Source: Octopus vulgaris (Eukaryota). Taken from it: a DNA stretch of 64,000 nt. Below, piece after piece: positions 53,173 to 64,000 of this stretch; position 1 is the first letter of the stretch, and each line of letters opens with the position of its first letter. The stretch spans positions 66,836,001 to 66,900,000 of the forward strand of contig OX597816.1 in the NCBI GenBank assembly GCA_951406725.2, in the 5' to 3' direction. A program made the translations under genes and the position numbers. The notes under the pieces were generated by a model. That model did not search any database, was not told where the DNA came from, and was given only the letters and a program-made list of their open reading frames with translations.

Positions 53173-54449
53173 TTTATGTATTTAGTTTTCTAATTTCTTG
53201 ATGTGAACTCATGTGTTAAAACATATTTTGTTGTATCTCAGGGGAATCATTATGTCAATAATTAATATACACACTGGCTATTTCACACATTTATTTACTT
53301 TTTTCTTAATTGATTAACTACCTTACTAATTAACAAATCAATTGTTCAGTTAACCAGTCAGTTAGCTTTATCAAAGTTCTTTCATCACCATTTGCAACCT
53401 TATCACTGATACGCCCTATTCTACTCCAGGTCCGTCTGTCTGCCTAACTGTCTGCCTGTCTTTCTTTCTGTCTCCTAGTTTACAAGTTCTCTCAAAAATC
53501 TTAACAATCGAGCATCTAACTGCCAAACATAGTGAGGAACAAATCTTCCACAAATAACACCTTATCTTTTTTTTTAAAAAAAGGGAGCACACATTTCATA
53601 ATGTGACTGAAGAGAAAAAGGTAATGGTGATCACGTCTAGAGGGCTTTTGATCATATTTTGCCCCTGATTAGGGCTGACTCAGTGCTAAACAACATTAAT
53701 TGTACCAAAAGTTTCGTTTGTCACTCCTATCAAAATTATATAAACTGACAAAATGATATTTCTTATGTTAACATGAGAAAAGTAGCATATAACAATGAAA
53801 CATTATTTGGGGATTATAAAATTGTAAGATTAAATTCAAAAGGGAAGTGTAGCCATGTAGGATAAATAAGCAATTTAACAGTGGAATATTGTTTTCTCAC
53901 ATTGGCATAAGAACATGTATTTGTGAAGGAGATAACAGAATAAATCAACCATGGTACTTGACAAAAACTTATTTTCAGTGACTTGTAGTGGTTATTGTTA
54001 CAGAATGTGTGCTGTGCTATGGTGTTGAGTCTCTACTTCTAGCATAACTATAACAAAAATATAAGCATGATTTTATTTTTGTGAATGTATATTATTAGAT
54101 TTGAAAACAAATTATAACAGAATCTGTCATCGTTATAATCAGTTGTTACAAAAACTTCCTCCCTCTTTCTTACCAGTTTCAGAGACCCATTAACGACAGT
54201 TCATGGGTATTGTTATCTCCACCAACTAAAAGATATGATACTGCAAGAAGAGAATTATTATAAAGAAATTCAGCTTCTATTAATGAATTTCCAATGAATT
54301 TTACATATTATTTACATATTATCTAACAAACACCAGATGTATTCTGATGGAAGTCATTTATAGTATTATCCACATTTTCCTTAATTTCCTTAATTTATTT
54401 TCTTTAATAACGTGTAGTGTTACTGGAGATCACTGCAACAATATTTCAT

Positions 54450-54870
54450 GACAAGAGAGAGACAAATAATATTCTGAATGCCTTACTTCCCTGGGCATGG
54501 ATACACCGAAACTCCAATGTCTGGCAACTGACTTGGCAGACACCCATATAATTATTAACCATCTTACTAACAATAACTCCCATGACTTTTGGAAACATTT
54601 TTTCATGCTAAGAGTTGCTGAAGTATAGAACAAACTGCTAGTATCAGTTGTTAGTCATCGAAGCACTGCATCCTTCAAAACTTCCATGCTTCCTGAGATT
54701 CACCAACACTACACCTGATTTTCTCCTCTCCATACACACGCAAGCATGTATCTGACTCATACACTGTTCACTTTCCAGACATTTGTACATTACTGCATAT
54801 GATTTATACACACTTTTGACAAGTTGTAGTGCACCTGAGCACTGTATACAATAATTTCATTATTATTATA
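54450..54870 (+). mobile_element. CR1/L2-type LINE 3' fragment
   Basis: Translates FFMLRVAEV*NKLLVSVVSHRSTASFKTSM (FFxxRVxxxWNxLP-like), followed by an ATT tail. Confidence 0.6.
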
Positions 54871-54922
54871 ATTTCCCATTATAATCCATGACTATTTTAT
54901 TGATAATGGATTTATCACAGAT

Positions 54923-55515
54923 AAGACCTGTTGAGGCAAGTGAAATCAAAAATCAAAAATCAAAATCAAAATCAAATTCGATGACTGGCGTCCGTGCTAG
55001 CGGGGTGCAAAGAGCAAAATACGAGTGTGATCATTGACAGAGTGGCTAACTGGCTTCCATGCCAGTGGCACTTAAAAGGCACCATTCGAGCGTGATCATT
55101 ACCAGCGTCGCCTTACTGGCACTCGAGCCCCATGCTAGTAGGGTATTAAGAGCACCATCCGAGCGTGATCGTTGCCAGAGCGGCTATCTGGCCTCCGTGC
55201 CGGTGGCACGTAAAAGACACCATTCGAGCGTGATCATTACCAGCATCGCCTTATTGGCACCTGTGCTGGTGGCATGTGTAAAAGATTCAAGTGAGGTCAT
55301 TGCCAGTACCGCCTGACTGGCCCTGTGCTGGTGGCATGTAAAAGCACCCACTACACTCTCAGAGTGGTTGGCATTAGGAAGGGCATCCAGCTGTAGAAAC
55401 TCTGCCAGATCAAGATTGAAGCCTGGTGCAGCCATCTGGTTCGCCAGCCCTCAGTCATTCATCCAACCCATGCTAGCATGGAAAGCGGACGTTAAACGAT
55501 GATGATGATGATGAT
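54923..55515 (+). mobile_element. RTE-type 3'UTR (third subfamily)
   Basis: UTR units, conserved terminus and GAT tail. Confidence 0.85.
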
Positions 55516-56516
55516 ATTATGCTGTTGGTTTGCCATGATAGATAAAAGATGAAAGATAAGAGATACTGGTGGTCGAATTGAAATCTGTTTAAGTATAATG
55601 AATGCACATTATTAGTGATAAATTAACTAGATTCATTGCACTACACAAGTAATTTTCATGTTGGTCATGAATTAGAAAATGCAGCAACAAAATAGACACA
55701 AAGGAAAGAATAATTCTGTAGCTTTTACAAATAATTGATTAAAAAGGCTCTGTAATTAAGCTCATCAAGACAGGAGAAAATATATTCACAGGATTCATAT
55801 CAGCCAACCATAACAGCATATCAAGGTTGAATAAGAGCTGTGATAACGATTATTAAAAACGGTGAGAGAGTTTGTGGAGCTGAGCTATGGGTTGCCACAT
55901 ACTAAAAATTGATGCTCAAAAATGTGCCTATTTATAGGCCTTGTTTGGAGAATATTTTGAAAGCCCCTAGAATGATCTATTACATGATGTCTGGCTGCTG
56001 ATCGGTCCATAAGTTAGTCGCTCACATGAACAAGCTGTGATTTTAACTTGGTAATTTGACAATTCGGGTTCAAATCTTGTGACAGATTTATCTTTGCAAG
56101 ATGAGCAAACCCATCCAGCACACAAGAGTTTTCGGCTTATGTCTCCTACATTCATCCTCTTCAATATTAATAACTTACTTATCACCAAAAAACAGCACTC
56201 ACTCCTATGTTGATGATATGACTCTTCACTCTTTGTTAGTCTTCTGTATGTAGGCACCATGCACATGAAACCTAAACATTCCTCACCAAACATGCACTGT
56301 TTCTATAAATAAAGATCTTAAAATCTATGAAGGAGGGGTATAATCTTATGTTAATGTAAGAGAGTTTTTCATTTTGTTTTCAGTAAGAATTCTATTTGCT
56401 AGTTATTAAGTTTAGTGTAACATCATGGAAATCAACAGTAGTTAGGTTATTGACTAAGGTCAATTTTTAGGTCTATTTTTATTATATGACTCCTCTAATA
56501 ATAATACAAATAATAA

Positions 56517-56775
56517 AAATAGACCTAGGAAAATAATTTGGTTCATTCCACCTTGTCTCTAGACAAACATTATCCAGAAAATCACAGGTACAGAAAAAAT
56601 ATTCAACAGGTGCTCAGATAATTATTATATAGCTGCTACCCCAAAATGAAAAGTATCATTACACACAATTACCACCAAGAGTCTACTCCCAGTTGTAACT
56701 GTCGTGACCCAGAAATCTGTCCACTTGACCAGAGATGCATGATTAAATGTCATATACGAGGCAGAAGTTACAACA
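56517..56775 (+). pseudogene. Decayed fragment of a second Penelope-like lineage (linker and start of GIY-YIG)
   Basis: Reading across frameshifts gives RPRKIIWFIPP...DKHYPENHRYRKIFNR...SCYPKMKSII...CNCRDPEICPLDQRC...IYEAEV, resembling the IIWFNPP / KIFNR / CNC..CPL linker of PLEs. Confidence 0.65.
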
Positions 56776-57204
56776 ATATATATAAAGAGAGAGAGAGAGA
56801 GAGAGAGAGAGTGTGTGTGTGTGTGTGTGTGTTTGAAGTGTGTACAAATATTGTATATTGAGAAAAAGGAGACAGTCAGAATTTTGGATAATTCTTTATT
56901 AGCACTTTCGTTCATTTATTGAACTTGTCAAAATAAAATTAAAACCAAAATGATAAAAACAGGACATTTCCTTGTTCTTTTATGTGAATCAGGTGTTTTT
57001 TGTTTTGTTTAGAAAAGGAGAAAAAAAATTTTTTTTTTTTTTTAAAAGAGTGGGGAGAAAAGCAAAGAGTGGGAAATATACAAGAGAAGATGAAGAGAGG
57101 ATGAAGAAAAAATATATTTTTGGGGGAGCAGGACAATCAAGAAAGAGGAAAAAAAGTAAATGATGGGGAAAGGACAGATAGATAGATAGTGATGTTGATT
57201 GACT

Positions 57205-57238
<34 letters not shown>

Positions 57239-57414
57239 GAAAGAGAGAGAGGGAGAGAGAGAGAGAGGGAGGCTTCTTTTCAATTTGATGTGGTCAACCC
57301 ATTGAAATTTCATTACAAAGTATTTTTCTTTTTCCTCTTCTTTCTTTTTCCCTTCTCATTGTATACCTATCAACATATTTGTAAAGAAACACATTTTCTC
57401 ACTAGGGCTAGATG

Positions 57415-58041
57415 ACCTTTTAAGATGTCAATTTTAGGAAGTAGGATGAGAAAGATAAGAAAGAGAGGAAGAAGAAAAAATTTTTTTGATTCTTATGTGG
57501 GTGTGGTCATAAATGTAAGAGTACAAAGTCCTATGAAAATGTATATTCGTTTACACCTGTCTAGTCAAATCCCATATTCTCTGTAATTCCTACAAAATGA
57601 TGAGAGATATTCAAAAATATATTTAAGCAGGCCCTGCCTTGTTATAAAATTTATATCCTAAAGAGTGGCTTCCAGCTAAATATACCCTATACATGTTAAT
57701 ACACAACTCATTTATGATGTTTGGTTAAAAGTGCATAGAGAATAGATTGAATTATAAACAGTCCCGAATTCAAATTATTTTTTATATTCTGACTTTATTT
57801 TCCTAATTTATGAATGTTGTTCTAATATTTAATGTTTGTGCAAAATATGGAACTACAAAGAATATGAGATTTGACTAGACAGGTGTAAAGGAATATACAT
57901 TTTCATAGGACTTTGAAATCTTTATTTTTCAAATTTTACAGTGATGACTGCATCCACTTAAGAATCAAAAGAATTTTTTTCTTCTTCCTCTCTTTTCTTA
58001 TCTTCCACATCCTACTTCCAAAAATTGACATCTTAAAAGGT
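57415..58041. mobile_element. Foldback/MITE-like element with ~175-190-bp imperfect TIRs
   Basis: 57415-57590 is the reverse complement of ~57849-58041 (accttttaagatgtcaattt...cacctgtctagtcaaat). Confidence 0.8.
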
Positions 58042-58135
58042 GGAAATCTGAAGGCTTAAGGTCAAGCAAATATGAAGGATGAGGCAAAACTTTCCAACCA
58101 AGCTCCAGTAATTGCTGCTTTTGCAAAGAAGTGGT
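58042..58135 (-). pseudogene. mariner transposase fragment
   Basis: LLELGWKVLPHPSYLLDLKPSDFHL resembles the WEVLPHPPYSPDLAPSDYHL motif. Confidence 0.75.
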
Positions 58136-58465
58136 TGGTTTTTGTATTGTCATGGTAATGTCAGACAATGCCCTTGTAATTAGCAAGTGCTGGAGGCTTC
58201 TAATGGATTGCTGTGTTTTATTTGTCCAGCTGGTCACAGTACACACCCAAATTGATGGGAGCAAGCCTGTCAAAGACAATGCCATTCCAATCTCACCATG
58301 TGAAAGCATAACCTTCTTTGGAGGTCATTTGTGATGGTTCAATGCACTTCCCCCATAATCATTTGCACTTCACATTGTTATAGACCAGTGGTTCCCACAT
58401 ACATATTGCCTATGGGCCCCTTTGATTCCTATTCTACCCTATTGGAGCTACATAGCCATTCACCC

Positions 58466-58904
58466 TTTACTCTTTACTCTTTTATTCTTTTACTTGTTTC
58501 AGTCATTTGACAGTGGCCATGCTGGAGTACCGCCTTTAGTCGAGCAAATCGACCCCAGGACTTATTCTCTGTAAGCTTAGTACTTATTCTATTGGTCTCT
58601 CTTGCCGAACCACTAAGTTACGGGGACGTTAACACACCAGCATTGGTTGTCAAGCAATGTTGGGGGCACAAACACAGACACACAAACATATACACAAACA
58701 CATTCACACACACACACACAAATATATATACATATATACGACGGGCTTCTTTCAGTTTCCGTCTACCAAATCCACTTACAAGGCTTTGGTTGGCCTGAGG
58801 CTATCATAGAAGACACTTGCCCAAGGTGCCATGCAGTTGGACAGTACCTCAGACCCATGTGGTTGGTAAGCAAGCTACTTACCACACAGCCACTCCTACG
58901 CCTA
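58466..58904 (-). mobile_element. SINE family A, full length
   Basis: Homology to family A; (CTTTTACT)n tail. Confidence 0.9.
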
Positions 58905-60000
58905 TACAAAAAAAAATCTTACTGTATTTTTATAATCAAATATTAGTAGGAACTGTGTAAAAAAAAATAAAGATATTTTGTGCATTGTAGAAGAATAAGC
59001 AATTTATTGCACATACTGTTTCCTTACCTTTTTTAAAATAAAAAGCATGAGCTGTCAATAATGTTTGTTTTGATTCCATATTTTCAGGGGTAATCCCGAG
59101 CACACAATATACAATCTGTCTCCTCACAAGATTGTGCTGAACTATGTTGAAGCGTCAAGTATCTAACCAGTGTGCATATGCAAGGGACACTGATGTTCGC
59201 TACTTATTAGATTGTTTGAATCAGACATTTTGGACCAACCTAGTATACATAAAGGACAGGCTTCCACACAGTTTCTATCTACCAGATTTACTCAGTTGTT
59301 GGTTGGTTGGAAACAATAGTAAAAGATACTTACCCAAGGTACTGTGAGGTGAGACTGAACCTGAAATCACATGGTTGCAAAGCAAGCTTGTTAACCACAA
59401 GGTCATACTAGTATGCACACATAGTTATATGAGTGTGCGTGTATGTGTTACTGTACCTTGGGAAAATCATTTCCTGATAAAAAAAAAAACACACACACTA
59501 TTTACAATTACTACTTTTTTAATTATTGTTAGACAACTTGTTAACCACTTAGCTAGTCAACCAATCAATTGTTCAATCAATCAATTTGATCCATCAATAA
59601 TTTGGTTCACTAGAGTCCATTCATTGTTGCCAGGAACTGCATCAAGGACATGTACTCGTCTGCTCTATTTCCAAGAGAAGTTGAGCAGATGAGGGTGCAT
59701 GTTATTAAGTCACCAAACAGTGACAAGTAATTGATTGATTAATTTATGAACTTGTTGACAGATAATAAGCAAAAATGAGATATAAGCAATATGTGTTACA
59801 AAGTGACATTTCCAAGGTAAATTCGCATCAGTTTCAACACACAATTTCACATCATAATAAATACAAAATGTGTGTGTGTGTGTGTGTGTGTGGTTGAAAT
59901 TTACAGAAAAACAAAAGATGAAGACAGGTGTATGAACAACACACAGGTGTATTACATTATTTACATTCAATGGATATTTGTCCTCATCTTGTTTGTTGCT

Positions 60001-60042
60001 AACACGTTTCGGCTGATATACCCTCCAGCCTTCATCAGGTGC
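60001..60042 (-). ncRNA. Hammerhead-like motif in the PLE 3' terminal region (cleavage triplet apparently damaged)
   Basis: Minus strand: cac-CTGATGA-a-ggctg-gagggtatat-cagcc-GAAAC-gtg. Confidence 0.55.
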
Positions 60043-60459
60043 CTTGGGGGAATTTCGAACCTGGGTTCTCATTCCTAAAGTATTCTTCAATGTTATTATT
60101 ATTATTATTATTATTATTGTTGTTCAGGTTACTGCTTGGAATCAAACTCGGAATCTTGGGGTTAGTAGCCTGCACTCTTAACCACTACACCATATGCCAG
60201 TGGGTGATTATGGAGTGAATTTTAGGGCTTATAAATCTAATATTTTTCTATCATTCCTTAATACCAGTTCCCATATGCAGCTCATATCTGCACTCGGTCT
60301 GCTTAGGAAGTTGTTGAGTCCTAGCATATGTGCTGTTGTTTTTAGTTTTCATATTTTCCAGTGGTGTTCTCTGTCTATTATTTTAACTTCATCCCACAGG
60401 GGGAGGTGGTCTCCATTTTTCCATACATGATCAGCTATACCCGATTTATCAATATCTCC

Positions 60460-61545
60460 TCATGTCACAGCTTTGTGATGTTTGTCTACCCTTATTTTGA
60501 GGGGGCGGCATGTTTTGCCTTTGTTTAACCTACCACAGCTGACAGGGATGGAGTACACACAGTCTTTGGTCATATTCTCTTCTATTGGTGGTTTTACTCG
60601 AAGGAGATATTTGCGAAGTGTTGTATTACTCTTGAATACTGTCCTGATGTCATATGGGCCAGATATCTTTTGTATCTTTTTGGAGCGGCCTTTCACATAA
60701 GGTAGACAGACTGTGGATAGTTTATTGGCCTCATCCTCTCTATTCTTTATAATTGGAGTGGATAGTATACTTTTGAGGTAGATGTTGCTTAACAAATCCT
60801 TATTGAGCATGGTCATTTCTTCGTGGTGTGTATCATGATCACTACTTATATTCTTTGCATGATGTTTTAGGCACTGAGCAATCCCTCTCTTTACACTGTA
60901 TGGATGGTGGGAATTGAAGTTGAGGTATTGTCCAGTAAAGATCGGCTTGCAGTTTACGGATGTCCTGAATCCATACTTGGTGCGTGTTATTAATATGCCC
61001 AGGAATGCCAGCTGATTGTCTTTTTCCTTTTCCATTGTGAACTGTATGGATGGCTTTATTGAGTTCACATGATCTAACAGCACTTGGACATCTTCCTGGT
61101 GGGTCCAGAGTATAAAGATGTCATCAACATATCGTAGCCATAGTGTTGGTTTTAGTGGTGTTGATCCTAAAGCCAAATTCTCAAAGTATTCCATGTATAT
61201 GTTGGCTTTTATCGGTGATAATGATGAACCCATAGCTAAACCCTCCTCTTGTCGATATATATCAGTGTCCGTACTGAAGTAGGTAGTTTCTACATAGAAG
61301 GTCAACATTTCCATCAAGTTTCTTATTGGTATACTAGTGAGTTCTTTTAGATGTGTGTCTGTCGCTAGTTTCTCTTGAATCACCGATTGTGCTTCACCAG
61401 TTGGGACTTTGGTGAATAGACTTATCACATCTAGACTCACCATCTGGTTGGATTCAATGGGGGTATCCTTGATCAGTTTTGTGAAGTGGGGGGAATTCTT
61501 CACGTATGATGCTGACTTTCCTGCTAATGGACTGATTATATCCAC
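60460..61545 (-). pseudogene. PLE reverse transcriptase / GIY-YIG endonuclease
   Basis: SLDVISLFTKVP, GLAMGSSLSPI.ANIYM, WLRYVDD, IQFTMEKE, YLNFNSHHP, LPYVKG and VYSIPVSCGRLNKGKTCRPLKIR. A frameshifted upstream piece reads YGHPKIHKDGIPLSPIVS (61565-61660). Confidence 0.92.
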
Positions 61546-62699
61546 AAGGAAGTAGCTCAGTGGATTACATGAATGAACCTCTCCAGCTCACTATAGGACT
61601 TAATGGAATACCATCCTTGTGAATCTTAGGATGACCATACATGTGTAGTAGTTTACTGTAATGTTGAGTCAGCTGTCTGTACTTCATTGGTGTAAAGTGA
61701 TACAAGGGATGCAAACAAGCCAGCTCATTATATATGCAAGATTGTTCATTTCCAGTTTTCTGTGAGAAACATGTCTCGCTGTGGGGAAATATTACCTTGT
61801 TTGTGGACAAGAAGAATAACCAGCTATTGGAAATCTACTATAACAAATTCCATCGGACCCATGCAAGCATAGAAAAGAGGATGTACCATGTAAAATGCAC
61901 CCATGATGGTCCCACATATAAAGAACTAGTGCTGGTTCCATATAAAAAAAATCACTCAGTACAATCTGCAAAGTGGTTGGCATTAGGAAGGCCATCCAGC
62001 TGTAAATGCCATGTCATAACAGACAATTGAAGTCTACAGCTTACAGCTTTGTCAAACTGTCCAGCCAATGTCAGCATGAAAAATGGATATTAAATGATGA
62101 TGATGATGCTTGCATGTATGTATGTGTGTGTGTGTGTGTGTGTGCATGCGTGCGTGTGTGTGTGTGCATGTATGTGTGTGTAAGAGAGAGAGATGTATAT
62201 TATATTTGGATAAGTAAATTAGACATAATATTTATTTAATGATTGATCTTTTATTTCATGTATACATATACACACACACACACACTCACACACACACATG
62301 TTCATACATGCATGTACATATGTATGTATGTTTGTATAAGGATCAATTACTTCATTCTTAAATACCTAATTCCATTTAATTGCCCCTTGCTCATAACCAA
62401 TATAGATTTCAGTGGACTTTCAGAGTAGCTGTCCCCACCTCTTGGGAAAAGAATTAGATGGGGCATCTTCTCTCTAAATTAAAAAATTTTTAGTGTTCCT
62501 GTGTTTCGTACAATGGGAATTACATTTCTGGAAGAATTTTCTCTCCCTACATTTCAAATTCTTTTTCTTTTTCTTTTTTTTAGACCCAAACCCCCACCCT
62601 GCTCACCTTGGCTCTCTTGCCCTTTTTCTCCCTCACAGGTTGTAATAGTTATTCCAGAACTCTGCCTAATTCTTTAATATGTTTGTTCTTTCATTTTTT

Positions 62700-62819
62700 T
62701 ATTCTTTTACTTGTTTCAGTCATTTGACCATGGCCATGCTGGAGCACTGCCTTCAATTGAACAGATCGACACCAGAACTTATTCTTTGTAAGCCTAGTAC
62801 TTATTCTATCAGTCTTGTT

Positions 62820-62854
<35 letters not shown>

Positions 62855-63035
62855 GTGTATATATATATATGACAGGCTTCTCTCAGTTTCTGTCTATCAA
62901 ATCTACTCACAAGGCTTTGGTTGGCCCGAGGCTATAGTAGATGACATTTGCCCAAGGTGTCATGCAGTGGGACTGAACCTGGAACTATGTGGTTGGTAAG
63001 CAAGTTACTTACCACACAGCCACTGCTGTGCCTAT
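62700..63035 (-). mobile_element. SINE family A (internally deleted)
   Basis: Homology to the other family A copies. Confidence 0.82.
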
Positions 63036-63101
63036 GTTTGACTAATTGAAATATTTCCCAAAATATGTATCGATTTATTAACATGTATCGATTTATTAAC
63101 A

Positions 63102-63526
63102 TAGGCGCAGGAGTGGCTGTGTGGTAAGTAGCTTGCTTACCAACCACATGGTTCCGGGTTCAGTCCCATTGTGTGGCACCTTGGGCAAGTGTCTTCTACT
63201 ATAGCCTCGGGCCGACCAAAGCCTTGTGAGTGGATTTGGTAGACGGAAACTGAAAGAAGCCCGTCGTATATATGTATGTATATATATATGCGTGTGTGCG
63301 TTTGTGTGTCTGTGTTTGTCCCCTAACATTGCTTGACAACCAATGCTGGTGTGTTTATGTCCCCGTTACTTAGCGGTTCGGCAAAAGAGACCGATAGAAT
63401 AAGTACTGGGCTTACAAAAGAATAAGTCCCGGGGTCGAGTTGCTCGACTAAAGGCGGTGCTCCAGCATGGCCGCAGTCAAATGACTGAAACAAGTAAAAG
63501 AGTAAAAGAGTAAAAGAGTAAAGAGT
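63102..63526 (+). mobile_element. SINE family A, full length, young
   Basis: Intact A/B boxes and (GTAAAAGA)4 tail. Confidence 0.92.
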
Positions 63527-63539
63527 ATGAGATAGTTTA

Positions 63540-63890
63540 TCTTTTACTTGTTTCAGTTATTAGATTGCAGCCATGCTGGGTACTGCCTTGGAAAATTTTT
63601 AGTGGAATGAATTGACCCTAGTAATTATTTTTTCTTTCTTTTTAAACCTGACACTTATTCTGTTGGTCCGTTATGCTGAACTGCTAAGTTATGGGGACAT
63701 AAACACACCAACACCAGATGTCAAGTGGTGGTGGAGGACAAACACAGACACAAAGATACACACACACAATGGGCTTCTTTTAGTTTCCGTCTACCAAATC
63801 CATCCACAAGCTATAGAAGGAAGACACTTGTCCAAGGTGCCACTCAGAGGGACTGAACCCAAAACCATCTGGTTAGGAAGAAAATTTCTA
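63540..63890 (-). mobile_element. SINE family A, diverged
   Basis: Homology to the other family A copies. Confidence 0.75.
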
Positions 63891-64000
63891 TGATAGTGTA
63901 GTTTTTACCGTGACCTAATTGCAGACACTCTTCAGTGGTCATCTCTGGAATCTTGGTCATATTAGTAACATTGTTGACACCAGTGGTTGTCGTATTAGCA

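Larger units (their letters stand above)
59893..61700 (-). mobile_element. Penelope-like element (PLE), 5'-truncated and decayed
   Basis: RT plus GIY-YIG coding, followed by a terminal region with a hammerhead-like motif. Confidence 0.9.

Noticed and set aside
55967-56293. 108-aa Cys-containing ORF (also 34080-34574)
   Set aside because: No recognisable motif or splice support; 34080-34574 runs through repeat sequence.

Overview
AT-rich eukaryotic DNA made almost entirely of transposable-element debris and microsatellites. No host protein-coding exon could be supported, so the window is most likely intronic or intergenic. The repeat repertoire suggests an octopus/cephalopod genome (inference). 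It contains: many 5'-truncated copies of an RTE-clade LINE, whose RT carries an inserted C4HC3 PHD-like finger and whose 3'UTR carries a variable ~62-bp tandem array, a terminal stem-loop and a (GAT)n tail; several tRNA-derived SINE families; a decayed Penelope-like element (RT + GIY-YIG) and many Penelope-type terminal fragments; mariner remnants and MITEs; non-autonomous Helitrons; and an (AAT)n-flanked element. The most interesting signal is RNA-structural. About eight minimal hammerhead-ribozyme-like motifs occur in Penelope-type fragments, with the best GUC-site copy at 36539-36583 (-). A non-coding element with 330-bp direct repeats and an 863-bp period (14144-15336, retrozyme-like) carries hammerhead core segments in an unusual order, and its stems covary with a diverged copy at 39360-39432. 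Repeat boundaries were read by eye and are approximate.
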